From Callorhinchus milii (Eukaryota), in the NCBI RefSeq assembly GCF_018977255.1, contig NW_024704743.1, positions 56,918,001-56,982,000 on the forward strand: 64,000 nt of DNA, written 5' to 3'. A program made the translations under genes and the position numbers. The notes below the pieces were generated by a model. It was not told where the DNA came from, did not search any database, and worked only from the letters and a program-made list of their open reading frames with translations. This document shows positions 25,086 through 38,500 of the stretch, one piece after another (position 1 is the stretch's first letter; every line of letters begins with the position of its first letter).

Positions 25086-25405
25086 AAAACCCTGCTGCAG
25101 AGAAAGAAGTTAGGCCGTCTGCGTTTCAGTGAGGAGAGCTAGCAGACAATCAATCTGTCCTAAACTAAATATGTCAGTCAGCCCATAAACAATAAAATAT
25201 TTAAAATTGGCAGCCAGTCAGGCTGTTTAAAGATAAAGGCCTCTGTACTCAGCCCAACATTATAAAGTCAACCTTCCCCCCATGCTTATAGCACAACTTA
25301 ACTCAAAATACTGCATCATTCTCCCACATTTAATTTTTATTTGCAGACTTCTTTTAAAATAAAGGAACATTTAAAAAATGACTTCCAGTTACCCACAATA
25401 TAAGT

Positions 25406-25723
25406 TGGAGTCCTGTAGCTCAGTGGTTAGAGCACTCACCTTGTAAGTGAGAGACCTGGGTTCAATTTTAGGCAGGGAGAAGCCTCGGGCAAGTTTCCTT
25501 ACTCCACACGCCTAATAATAATCCCTCCAAAACAAAACAATAATAAATTGGTCATTTTCAATCCACAACTGTTTGTGGGACATTGCTGTGCACAATTGGC
25601 TGCCGCATTTTGCCCACAAATATACAGTCAATTCATTTTACGGTCTATTCTGTAAAGCGTTTGAGACGTCTAGAAGATGTGGAAAGCATTATATCAAATC
25701 CAAGGATTATTATTATTATTATT
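25406..25723 (+). mobile_element. Young SINE, same family, full length
   Basis: Head TGGAGTCCTGTAGCTCAGTGG; tail GAGACGTCTAGAAGATGTGG..(ATT)n. Confidence 0.9.
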
Positions 25724-28305
25724 AAGCTCATTGATATAACTTGGGCTGTAACCTGGTGTCACCCTGGCTCAGTTGGCATTTCTGAGTCAGAAAGTGGTGG
25801 GTAAAATTGGTGTTTCATTTAATGGTTGTTTGTGGAGCATTGATGTGCACAAATTGGCAGCCGTATTTACCTACAAGATACAAAGTCACTCCACTTTACA
25901 GTAAAATCCTGTGATGCACTTTCAGACATTTTGATGACATGATAAGGTGCTATATCAATCACAGTAATAGTAATCACATATCCATCCTTTTGGAGGAGAA
26001 AATACTATTCTAAATGTGTTGAAAGAGATGTTCACAAATCCAAACTCAAGAGAGTCTGCTACAGTCTCGAAAGTATTCCCAAACATGGTTTATCTTTTAA
26101 AATACTATGTATACAGTTTAGTTTTGTTTATCGCATTGCAGCATTCCTGTGTAGTTTGTGTGTAGTTTCATGTGTAGTATTCTTCTATCTCTACTGTGTT
26201 ATGATTACTATCTTATTCCATGTGGCTCCAAATCATCTGACAATAGTAGGAAGAGTTTACAACAAATGTCACTAGACTAAGATCAAGGTGACTGAAACCT
26301 GAAATACACACTTTTATTGAGATACAATGCTTGAAATACATGCATTTTAATATTGTTTATCAGGAAATTCTATCGTAAAAAAAATGATTTGCTGCTTCTG
26401 CTGTTTCTTGATAATCTAATTGCAGATCAAATTCTCGGAAACTCTCAATTTGTTATATCACAACCATTATCCATCACAACTAAACGTCACACTGCAAAGC
26501 ACTTTGAGACAATTCAATGATAAGGTACTATACCAAATGCAAGGATTATTAGTATAATTAATCTATCACTTGCTGAGTACATGGGAGTGTTGCAACCCTA
26601 AATCTCTCCCACCTCACCCTCTGCAGACAAACAGAATAGAAGGAAAATAAATCAATGTCTAAAAATACTAAATATATCTTAAAGACTATAATGCCAGAGG
26701 AGGATTTTTGAGGGCATCTTCTGAATTCCCCAGTGAGGATAACTATCCAGTAATTACCCCACGGTCTCTATTCGTTTCTTTATTACTGCATCAACAATTA
26801 CGATACAATATGCAAAACTTCCTTAAAAAATATGTATCAGTTCTGTTAGGATTTTCTTTGTATTTTTCTCAACTTTATTTGTTACTTTCCGAAAGGAATT
26901 GAATTGTACTGGATATGGTTACACAGATGCCAGCAGTCCTCTGATTCCCTGATTCAAACAACTACTTCTCATGAAGGAGTCCAGGCAGTTAGCTTCACAT
27001 CACGGCTGGGTGGAGAATTGCCCGCCAAGGTTGGTAAATTTACTGGCCAATGAGAAATCACCAATAGACTTTCCAAGGCTTCAATATTACTGTTGAAGCA
27101 TTCTTCATCTCAGTATATATCTAGAACCCATTAAATTGCTTTCACTTTACGGAATGCTGGACATGCTGAAGGCATGGATAAGGATCACAACAGATTTGGG
27201 GTGGTGGGGAGGGAAGAAAGGTAACAGTGGAATTGGACAATGTTACAGGGGTGAGGGAAAGCTGAGAGAGTGAGAGTCTGGATGTAGGGTTTAAGTTGTT
27301 AATTTCTTTAGTTTCGTGCTCTACTCCTACTTGCCCTTCTCAAACCTATAAAGGGTTTCTTCAGTCCAGTCATTCCAGTTCTGATAAACGATCAGGACCC
27401 AAATGTAATCTATCTTTGTATCAGATGCTGATTGACGTGCAGTACATTTTCAGTATTCCCTGGGAGTAGATTTGATTATTTTCTGTTGCAAATGGCAAGT
27501 TAAAATCTTTCCTTGCAGTGGCAATCAAGCTGACTGTTTCCAGATATTCTCGTATTCATAACCGCCTGATGTGGAAACACCCAGCTGCTTTTTCAACCTT
27601 ATACAATGTCTATTTTTGTTTGGTATTAAAATCCCTTGGAATAGCTATAAATTCATATTTGCTGTAGATTTCCAGTGGATGACCTTAATAGAGTCACACA
27701 TGAATGCTATGGAGTTATTTATTCTGATCAGGCATGGGAGTGAGAATGCCCAACTCTTTGCTTTGATGAACATTTGAACCATAGAGTTAATCATGTTCGA
27801 GACAAGTTTCTGGCATGCAGTCACCAAGGGAAAGTTACAACTTGGGTTGGGCAATTAATTGAGCATGTCTCGTTTAATTAATTTGATTGTAGGAGATCGC
27901 AGTCAGTTCTAGCCATCTGATTCCTAACCAAGAGCAATTTTCTTTGGACTTGACAGATATGAATGGCTTAAATATGAATTCAGTCTGCATTTTGCAAGCA
28001 ATATCCAGCCTACTAACCAACTGTAACACCAATTCCTCCCCATTTTGCCACGTGTCAAACCTGTCAAGTTGGGATGAATTCACCAAAGTACACATGCTAA
28101 ATTCAACACTGGAATGGAACAACGGACACTGCAAGTCAATTCCAGAGAGATATTTGAACCCTTCTCCCTCTTTGACACAACCTTGATATGAACAGTTTCC
28201 TTGGGCAATTGTCTCCATGTCCCCTTAACCTTAGAATCTACATATTGCAAAAATGACTGCAGGGGTCCATTGCTCACCTCTCTCAACCTCACTGCTAAGG
28301 CGACA

Positions 28306-28518
28306 CTGGCTATATTGACTGCATATCTATATATCTCTGGCTACATCTACATTCCTTATACAGTACGAAGTTCATTACAGATTGTGCAGACTTTTTTATT
28401 TATATTAATTTTTAATATACAAATATAATATATTGGGCATTTGGAGATAGATTTCAAAGTCTTCACCCTCATGTATCAATCCTTCCTGGCTATATTGACT
28501 GCATATCTATATATCTCT
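28306..28518 (+). repeat. Exact 33-bp direct repeat, 180-bp offset
   Basis: CTGGCTATATTGACTGCATATCTATATATCTCT at 28306-28338 and 28486-28518. Confidence 0.95.
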
Positions 28519-29232
28519 CTGATCTTCTCCTACCTTATTCCTCCACTCGCCTTCTCTTAGCTAACTCAAGCTTGCTAAGTGCCTGTCGACCATTCTGCAG
28601 TGGTCATGCCTTTAGTTCCTATGCCATTAACCTCTGGAATTCCTTCCCTATCATCCCGTCTTGACGCCTCATTTTCTGTCTTTAAGTCACACCTCAAATC
28701 TTGCCTCAACAAATGCGTCTATGGTCACCTCTCTCTGCCTCCCTTCCCTTGCGTGGTGTCCAACTCCATCCTTGTTTTCCCATGCTAAACTCCGTACCCC
28801 TATTATACCAGTGCTCGCTAGGCGCCACTGGCTCCCAATCACAGAACAGATTCATTTGAAGTCCTTTCACTCATCTACAAATCCCTTCACGCCCTGGGAC
28901 CTATCTTTCTGACCTGCTTTCTCCATCCTCCACTACTGGTTTCCTTTGCTTGGCTGGCTCTGACCTCTTGCTTGTCCCTCGACCCTTCTGCTCCACAATT
29001 GGCGGTCGCACTTTGAACCACTACACCCAGAAGCACTGGAACTCTCTCCCCCATCCCTCCGCTTTGCTCCCTCCTTCTTCTCTTTTAGATCATGACTGAA
29101 GACCTTCCATGCTTATGATCACCTCCTTCCTCCCCCAAGCATAGTGTCAGGCTCCACCATTGTTAAGCACTCCGAGACATTACCCTACCTAAAGGTCACT
29201 ATATAAATACAAGTTGTTTTTGTTGTTGTTGT
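28440..29232 (+). mobile_element. Two tandem decayed L2 3' fragments
   Basis: CCACTGGCTCCCAATC, CTCTGGAATTCC, AGCACTGGAACTCTCTCCC and a (TTG)n tail at ~29215-29232. Confidence 0.8.
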
Positions 29233-30469
29233 CCAACTTACAATAATTCTTGTCAGATTTCTAAATGAAGAAATCTAACTTCAAAAATAGTTTGTGTTCC
29301 GATGATTTCTAAAAAAAAATCTATAAAAAAACCCCACAAATTTATCCCCAAAATATGTGGATAATGATTCTCAATAAACATTAAATGTTTGAGTCTTTCA
29401 GTATTTATTCCTATAGTTGTAACTCCAACAATGGCGCGGACATAATCAGCTGAATGACGCTCTCTTCTTGCAGAAGTCTTAGTCAATAAGAATATTTTAG
29501 TACCACTAATAATAATCCCAACATTTGATATAGTGCATTTCATGTCAGGAAGATGTCTCAAAGCACTTCACAGGATATATTGCAAGATGGAGTGTGTATT
29601 TTGTGGGTGAAACATATCCTCATCTTAACATTCTTAAACTCAGTCTTGAATTTGGGTACTGTTTACTTTTAGGATCTTTAGAAACCTGGCATCCAATTTA
29701 AGAAAATAGTCTTATTGTCTAAAACTATGTGGTATTTCATACCTACAAAGAGATTATATGTTATCGAAGAAGTACTGGTTAGATAATGCTGGCCTTAGAT
29801 TTTGAAGGTCTACAGATTGTTGGAGGAAGGGAAGAATGAAGCTTTATTTAAACACATGAGTTCTTCTTTTCTAAATAGAGCAACTTCCAACAGACTCACC
29901 CTGCTGCTGCAGAACACAGCATGGACTTAACAAATGAACAAACCCTTGAGGAACTGTAATTTATTTATTTGACAACTGAACTTATGCCTCAAACACAGCC
30001 AGATTTATGAGTTGCTAAACTCCGAGGTCAGACCTCCCACAACCTCAACTATTCAAATGTTGTTATAATGAAGTGTTTACATTCAGACCCATCCTCCGAA
30101 GGACTCAAACGCTTAATGATGTTGGTGCTGTTGGCAGGAAGCACAGCCACTGATGGTGTTTTGATTACAGATGATTCTAACGTCATGTAAAATTGCTCCC
30201 TGCGCAATGAAGTTTAAGGCAAAATAACCTATTCTAGCAGGTGGGTTAGATCATGATTTCAAAAAATAAACACTCACCCATAAACTCAGCAGAAGCAATA
30301 GGAAACACAGACAGTGAATATGTTTATTGTCCAACTAAATATCTCCCAACATTTTGGACAAGTGGTACAAAACAGGTTGATTCCCATAACAGATTTCTGC
30401 AACTGCATATCTAGGAGTCTAAGCAACAATATTTCTTAAAAAAATTAAACTCTACGAACCCAGCTGCTC

Positions 30470-31620
30470 CCTCCCCTCAGTGAGCACCGGCCAACTTCAC
30501 GTCTCCTGCCTACCTGCCCCACTATTGGAAGTCAGGCTCTCAACGTTTCTGCCCCGCCTCTCTGGGACTCCATCCCACTGTACCTTTGACTTGCCCCTTC
30601 TCTCATCTTGTTTACGGTCCATCTTAAGACCTTCCTCTTTGACCGAACCTTTGGCCATCTTTCTCATCCCTAAACCCTTGCCCCCCCCACTCCCCTGGCC
30701 CCCACCCAGCTTGGGTGCAAACACTGGACTGTCCAGGACCATGGGAGTTCCTCCCAATGTGAAAGGCCATATTTAAATGTAAATTTGTGTTGTATTATAG
30801 CAGGTTTCCTCATAAGAAATGTGTTCTTGTAGAAGTTCTAAAACAACAACTTGCAATAATGCAGGAAACACATCTCAAAGTAGTTCATAGAAATGAAGGG
30901 GAGCCCAATTAAGACGAGAGATGGGGGTGGGGGAGGGGATGGAAATATGTGACTGAAGACATAGACAAAGAGATAGATTTTTAGAAGGGTTTTGATAGCA
31001 AATAGGGATCCTGGAAAGTCCAGTATACCCAAGATGGGTGGGGGCTGGGGAAGTTGTGTGTTGAGAGTATGTGAGAAAGATGGCGAAAGGTTTGGGGGAT
31101 TTGGAGAGAAAGTTTTGCAGTGAAGCCAAAGCATCTGGCGAAGGGAATGGTAGATGGGAAAAAGTCCTGAATTAACAGAATGGAAGGAGTGGACTACAAC
31201 AACAACAAGATTACAGTTGTATAGCGCCTTTCACGTCGGGACTATGGATGCAGGAGATGATATAGGTAGAGTGGGTATAAGGAGGTGGAGGTATTTGAAA
31301 ATTAGAATAAGGATCTTGAACAACAACAACAACAAGATTTCATTTATAGAGCGCCTTTCACGTCAGGAGGACGACCCAAGGTGGATAGTTGGGTTGGGAC
31401 CCGAACAGGGGGGAAATGATCAGGTGAGGGGAGGGAAGGGAGGGAGCAAGGAGGGGTAGAGAGTCGAGAGGGGGGGGGAGCTGAAGGCACGGTTGAAGAG
31501 AATTCAATCCATTGGGAAACTCGGAGGCAATGGAGTCTGGAAAGGAGATGGGTTGTGGACTCATGGTTCAGGGCTCCAACTTTGGGATAATCTGTAGCTT
31601 GTGGAGGGTTTCCACTACAT
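30470..31620. mobile_element. Cluster of L2 3' fragments on both strands, including nested short tails
   Basis: Plus-strand tail GGGAGTTCCTCCCAATGTGAAAGGCC ~30745-30795; minus-strand (ACA)n tails at ~30840, 31195 and 31320. Confidence 0.75.
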
Positions 31621-34600
31621 CAAAAGTGCAGAGGCTGTGTAATCAAATTGCCAGAGCAGGTGACAATCCTGAAGAATAGCATTGGTATATTCATTGTCTG
31701 AGAAATTTACTAATTGCACAATTTCTATCAAGAAATCTGTTAATAAATATTGCAAATTAGGTTACTATAGCTTTGTAAGTAGAAACTCCTAAATATGCCA
31801 ATCTGTTAAACTTTGGGGTGAGCTTGCAGCTTTAGGACATTTGCAGAAACAAATAACAAATGTCTCTGATGGTCCAATGGTAAAAGCATTATATTGTGCA
31901 GCACATATGTAGAAATGTCATAGGTTCAAATCTTGGGCTGTGCTGGGAAAGCTGATCAGCTGGAGCAGCACTTCGGGGAAAGACAACAACAACAACAACT
32001 TGGATTTATATAGTGCCCTCCACGCCGGACGGTGTCTCAGAGCGCTTCAAAGACTAGAATTTGTCTCAGTTTGTTCCTCTTAATAAGGGAAAAATCAGCC
32101 AGTGATCCCCACTTAATGTTCCAATGTTGATTCTCCAATTGTAAAGTGACCACCAGCTTGTTCAACATCAATGATTGATAATCCCCTAGGAACTTTTATT
32201 TGATGATACTGGTCACTTCTCTTATCAATCTCTCCACCAATTGTCTTCAATTTCCTGCTGATGTGGCTCAATTTCCTATGGCGTCCAATGCAATAGGCCA
32301 TCTTTCCTCTTGCTTCCCGCGTTCTACCAAACAGTCATACAGATCTGTTAGCATTTTGCAGTATAGATGAGTAAAAATTGTAATTCGCAAGAGTGTAACA
32401 AATTGGAAACCTATTGTAACTTATGCACGTTCTGTATTTTCAGTGACACATTCCTATTTGGTCAAGCCGGGTATCTAACATGCAAAAACCTATCACATGG
32501 TTAAGAATGATATACAATAAAATAGGTCTCATTGTTAAAGCAAGCTAAGTGGGCCCACTCTTGCATGTGTGCAACTTCAATGCAATTTCATAAACCACAT
32601 GACTCACATATGTACACATAAATGCACGTGAGCATCACTGAAATAGGGATCCGGCATTAAAGCAAACAAATGGTCCACCAACAAAATAATTTTCACAGCA
32701 ACCTGCACACAAGTTGATCCAAAAATAAACTAGCAGAATTTAGCACAAAACAGTTGAGATAATTGTACGTTCGAATCACTATTGGTCTTCCTGATCTTTA
32801 AAATGATATATTTGCTTAAGCATACGCTTACAAAATACACAGTCACTACTCTTCAATAAATCCTGTGAACTGCTTTGAGATATCCTCCCAATATGAAAGT
32901 TGCCTTATCAATTAGTAATACTGTAGTACTAAATTAATAAAAAGTATAAAAACTAAATCATAGCTGATTATTCAATGTGCTCACTGTTTGGTAGCTCACT
33001 TTTCAACGTGCTGAACAGGAAGGCCGTTACTGTGGTTGCTGCTGTACTTGTGAACCCTCTCTGGCCCAGCTGACAACACTGAGCAGCAATAACAATGGTT
33101 CAGAGGTCATGCGGCTGCTGAATTGTAAGTTCAGCTTTTCAGTCATAACGGTGAGTGTTGACTTAGGCAAGCCTGGCTCCACAAATATCCTTCCTCTGGA
33201 GATCGGGCAAGCCTGATGTTTCACACATCCAATCCATCAGCTGCCCAAATAATCTTGCAGAAGGGCTGCAAAATAATTAGCTACCCACAGACCTCAGTAT
33301 TTAAAGATATAGTACAGTAGTGCCTCTGATGATCAAAATGCAAGGATTGTTATTATTTATCTACACTGAGCAAATACTAAATATAGTTAAAGTATATACA
33401 ACATCCTGTAAAAAAAAGTTGTTATTATTTTATTGATAGGTAATGATTTCTTCTCTCAGCCCAAGACAAGAAAAGAGGAAAATAATCTCTTATCTTCAGC
33501 AAATTTTAAAAAGGTTTTGTATAATTGGTTAAAGCAACATTTATTGTTATTAAAAGCAAACTTAGCACTTTTTCAGTGAATATAAACTCTGTTATAAATG
33601 AGCAAATTATTTTGCCACTTTCTAAATATTTCTTTTGTGTTCATAAAGGTGAAGGTTGCTGTTGCTTAGAATAGTTTTTCTGTTGCAGTACCAGCATCAA
33701 GCATTCCCAGATGAGGTATAACACAGCTAACTACATTGTAATGTTCCTTTACTATGCCCCCAGAATAGTTTGCCAGTGCCTTGCCCAAGTGCCCCAGAAA
33801 CCATTTTTCATCTGTAAGCTTAGATGGTGAGTGATGGCAGGCTATTTGACATGGAACCACACAACTACCAAAGGAAAAACAATAAGTCAAATAACTTCAG
33901 AAGAGGAAGAGGGGTGAAAACTATAAGAAAATAACATGTTTTTGCTTTCCTAATGATTAAGTTGACATTGAAAATGTCTGCCTTCCATGTGGACGTTAAA
34001 GATCCCATGGCACTATTCAAAAAGAAAAGCATCCTGGCCAACAAACCCCCTATAGAATTGGTCACTCACTCCATGGGTGTTTATGGGACATTGCTGTGTC
34101 CAAATTGGCCACCATGTTCGCCCACAAAATACATAGTCACATCACTTTACGGTATATCCTGTGAAGCGCTTTGAGGTGTCTTGATGAAATGATAAAGCAT
34201 TATATGAAATGCAAGAATTATTATTTATGTTTATAAATTTTAATCCTAAAAAAATGCCTTAACGTCATAAGACAAATGTAAATGAGGAATAAAATATTTT
34301 AAGTAACTAACTTTGGGGCTGTAATTCTCTCCCCCCATTCACACACATATACATACTCTAATCCAATGGGGAAAAATGGTTTATAGTTAAGACATTTTTA
34401 GACAGTCCACTCAGTACTGGGCCTTGCAGTCTATATCAGACGGATAGCCTGATCTATAAAGCCAGATGGGAACTGACAAAACCCATTCAGTTTGGATGCA
34501 TTGAAAAGCAATTTCACCTGGATTTAGAGGGACTCAACTAATGTAACATTTCAGAGCATACAGATTTTCTCAAATTCTTAAATACGATAATAAATAATAA

Positions 34601-35382
34601 TCTTTACATTTGGTATAGCGACTTTCATGTTGGGGGGATATCCGAAAGTGCTTCACATGGTACAATATAGTGACTGTGGTATTTTGTGGGTGAATGCAGC
34701 AGCCAATTTGCTGAAGTGAGTGACAAATTTTATTGAGGGAATTAATTGTTGGCCAGGACACCAGGAGAAACTCCCTTCTCATTTTGAATAGCGACAAGGG
34801 ATCTTTAACATCCACCCGAATTGGTAGACAGGCCTCGGTTTAACACTGAATTCAACAATTCTGAAAACGGCGAAATGGCACATAAATAAAATAAAACTAG
34901 ACCCAGGTGGAATTTCTCATAGGTGAGCTCAAATATCATTCAGGACTGGGACTCAAACTCATACATTATTATGATTGAGAGCCCAGCTAATGCAAAACCT
35001 ATTAGGCTGCCCCAGGAAACTGCAGTGCAGAATTCCACTGAGGCCCGACATTTAATCTAGTCTTAACCTGTAAGATCATTTTGTCTTTAAATTTAAGACC
35101 ATGCCAATTTCTGGATAATTTTTATATTCAGTCTTAATTCAGAAGGTGGTTTTCCATATTAAGAGTAGATGTTAAGACAGTAGTTGAAGGTCCTTAAAAT
35201 CCCAAGTCAGCTTATAATGGGGAGTGATCGCTGCTCAGTGCTTCCACATTTACTGTGCATGGAGAAAGCCAACCATTATATTGAAGCAAGCCAGCCAGCT
35301 TTCTGCACATATTTTGGACTTGTTGAGAAGAAAATGTCAGGGTCCATACCCCAATAAGCAGACCCATGTTACAATGGAGTGT

Positions 35383-35504
35383 AACAAAAACAGAGAAACA
35401 TTGACTCAATTTCTTTTCTTCATAGATGCTGCCTGACCTGCTAAGTTTTCCCAACTCTCTCTGTTTTTGTTTCAGATTTCCAGTATCTGCAGTATTTTGT
35501 GTTT
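35383..35504 (+). mobile_element. Short PLE 3'-end insertion with 16-bp TSD and inverted 5' tag
   Basis: Direct repeat TGTTACAATGGAGTGT at 35367-35382 and 35505-35520. The insert matches 10847-10923 (CATAGATGCTGCCTGAC..CTCTCTGTTTTTGTT). Its first 14 nt AACAAAAACAGAGA are the reverse complement of internal TCTCTGTTTTTGTT. Confidence 0.85.
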
Positions 35505-36746
35505 TGTTACAATGGAGTGTGTTGTGTATTTTTTTTTAAACGGAACTAAAAAGAAACATTTACAACAGAACATTTATTACAATACAATGGAAAAATTAAG
35601 ATCGAATGTAAGAATTTAGTCAGACTTGTACAGCCAGTCTTAGCAAAAGCATTACATCTCTAACCCTTTAAATGCTGTCATGATTTTTTTTGTAAAATGA
35701 ATGTAAATCCATCAAACCATCAAGAACTGCTTTATTGAAAAAAATCTCTAAATGTTCATCATCACTAGCATTATCTGCCAACTAATTATTCTGCATTTCC
35801 CCAAATACCAGCTTCTGTTTCAATTGGGTTGTTGTTCTTACAAAGCTGTTCAGCCAGCCATCTGCAGTCAGGCTCTGATGAAAAGCAGCCAAACTTCCCA
35901 AGTGCCACCTGAACCCTTTTCAGAGTCAGATCACTAGCTGCCTCTGCAGCGAGCTTCCTCTAAGGACAAACTAGTCTTGGTCCCAGCCTGAGAGGACTTC
36001 ATGCTTGTTTTCTGAACATACATTATACGTTGCATTTGAAGTGCAATAACATGGCATCTCAAACAACCGGGACCTGACACCCCTGCGCCCCACCTTTCCC
36101 CTCCTTCCCACCGCCCCTTCCCACCTCCTTCATATTACTCTTATGCAGCTGGAGACATAGCTTCATTCAGCATAAGACCTTTTCGGGACAATTACTTTGC
36201 AGGACAATTACAATTAATGGGCCGTTAAACAGTGTGCTTGTAAAGTAACAACAATGGCAATTAACCTATAGCTGGGATATCTAGTATATGTACATCAAAA
36301 TGTACATTTAAGCAACCATTACCTTGTTATTACATATAGTGGAACAGACTGTCATAGAAGTTAATTGAAGGAGAGATCTGATTAAATGAATATCTCTACA
36401 CTTATGTCAGGCAGGCAAATGCCAGCTGTGTGTTTGAGTGGTGCAGCCTATATGGGAAACTATTATGCAGGGCTGGATGTTTTAAAATGCAATCAGGGCA
36501 CACCAAGAAAATAGGTGGAATTTCTCTTCAATTATCTCGAAGGACAAAAAGATGTGATCAGTTGCCGGATGTGCAATTAGATGGATTTGTGTCCCCGATT
36601 CTCTGACAGCTGTTCTCCCTGTTGAAAGGCAATCTGCACTAATCTCCTTGCCCTCTGTAAAAGGCCGACAATCAGAAGCCCTATCATGATCAAGATTGAC
36701 AAAGGCAAAAATAAACATGTAATTATAGTGCAACACCATAGATAAA

Positions 36747-37160
36747 TGTCAGCCTGGCTTAGTCGGTAGCATTTACCTCTAAATCAGAAGGTGCGGGTTC
36801 AAACCCTTTATCAGTACTTTGAGTTTATAGTCTGGCATTTCCAATGCAGTACTGGAAGAGTGCTGCAGTGTTGGAGGTGCCGTCCTTTAGATGAGACGTT
36901 AAAGGTAGATGTTAAAGATGCTACGGTAGAATTTAAAAAGAGAAGGGCATTTCTACTGGTGTTCTGGCCAACAATCCCCCAGATAAAATTAAATATTCAC
37001 TTCATTGGCTGCTTGTTGGACATTGCTGTGTGTAAATTGGTTGCTGAGTTTGCCCACAAAATACAATATCATTACGCTTTACGGAACATCTTGTGAAGCA
37101 CTTGAGATTTCCTCCCAAAGTGAAAGGTACTATATCAAATGCAATAATTATTGTTATTAA
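36747..37160 (+). mobile_element. SacSINE1/DeuSINE-like element, near full length
   Basis: tRNA-like head TGGCTTAGTCGGTAGC..CAGAAGG, GATGAGACGTTAAA, GTTAAAGAT, ATTGCTGTGTGTAAATTGG, L2-type tail. Similar decayed copies at roughly 11490-11685(-), 14035-14330(+), 17480-17690(-), 20475-21170(+), 21905-22570(+), 25760-25975(+), 33955-34226(+), 34585-34845(-), 40193-40605(+), 45668-46085(-), 46615-46900(-), 47755-47945(+), 48588-48757(+), 52790-53005(-), 54822-55097(+) and 56755-56910(-). Confidence 0.8.
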
Positions 37161-37210
37161 TATCATTACTAAATGTCTGACTCTGCCGATCACCACTCTT
37201 TCTCCATCTG

Positions 37211-37524
37211 CAGTCCTGTAGCTCAATGGTTAGAGCACTCGCCTTGCAAGCGAGACACCTGGGTTCAATTCCAGGCAGGGCAAAACCTTGGGCAAGTTTC
37301 CTTACTCCACACGCCTAATAATAATCTCTCCAAAACAAAACAATAATAAATTGGTCATTTTCAATCCACGACTGTTTGTGAGACACTACTGTGTGCAATT
37401 GGCTGCCGCGTTTCACCCACAAATATACAGTCAATTCACTTTACAGTCTATTCTGTGAATCGCTTTGAAACATCGAGAAGGCATGAAAAGCGCTATATCA
37501 AAAGCAAGGACTATTATTATTATT
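37211..37524 (+). mobile_element. Young SINE, same family
   Basis: Best-preserved cloverleaf (CTCGC-CTTGCAA-GCGAG). Possible TSD ATCTG at 37206-37210 and 37525-37529. Confidence 0.9.
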
Positions 37525-37969
37525 ATCTGAGGAGATTAAATGCAAGAATCATTTTATTTTAGGTATTCCCACCCCTTTTGGTATAATAATATAGGGATGA
37601 ATATGTACCATTAGATGCAAAAAGTATCACCATAATTGATACCTCTTTGTCAGAATTTCAGCCTCTGTTGACCTGTGACCATGTTGAATTGAGTTGATGT
37701 TATAAAAGTAGGTTCCAGCCTAAGTTGGGTGGAGCAGTGTTACCTACAGACAGACATCAACTGCACAATCGACAATAACAGAAAACCTGCCAATGTAATA
37801 TCTCCATTCTTGCCTCCCTTCTATTCCCCACTCCCCAACCACAGATCCCATCCTCCTCGGCTCCCATTCCATTTCTGTGAAGTGCTTTGAGATGCTCTTC
37901 TACAAGAACGCTTTTATATCAGTTTAATTATTGTTGCTGTTGTTGACAATAATCATGTTTATTATTACC

Positions 37970-38500
37970 ACTATAACAACAACTTGCATTTATATAACAT
38001 TTTTCACGTGGAGTAGCATCTAAAAGCCCTTAACAGTGAAGGAGCTTGATGCTGAGCCAGGGAGAGACAGTCAAACAGAAGGTCCTCATGTGCGATCTGG
38101 AGACAAGTAAGATGAGGTAAGATGGGGTGATTGAGGCAGAGTTCAGAGTCTTAGGGTGTTGTGGCTGAAAGCATGATAGCTGATGGTTAGCGAATGGATT
38201 GAGGGGTGTGCAGGAGGTCAGAGCCAGCCAAGCAAAGAGGCAGGTAAATGAGTGAGGTGTATGCAGGTTGGAGAGCGTAAAGAGGTGCAAGGAATGAAGT
38301 GATTTGTATGCGAGTTTCAATATCTTGAAATCAATCCATTCTGTCATAGGGAGCCAATGGAGCCTGGCAAGGTCTGGGGATGATGTGGGCAGCAGAGCTT
38401 TGAATTATGATAATTGGATTTTATGAATGTTAGTGGAGCTGGGGAGACCAGTAAGGGGAGCATGGAAAAAATCGACGGAGGAGGTGATGAATGCAGAAAT
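37970..38500 (-). mobile_element. Old L2 3' fragment
   Basis: EWIDFKILKLAYKSLHSL; (ACA)n CTTGCATTTATATA tail. A similar subfamily copy lies at 51975-52330. Confidence 0.8.

Noticed and set aside
28306..28518. CRISPR-like repeat/spacer
   Set aside because: Only two copies, a 147-bp spacer, a vertebrate context and no cas genes.
37212..37282. tRNA-Ala(TGC)-like cloverleaf (also at the other SINE heads)
   Set aside because: Always followed by the SINE body and tail, and anticodons vary among copies. These are SINE heads, not tRNA genes.
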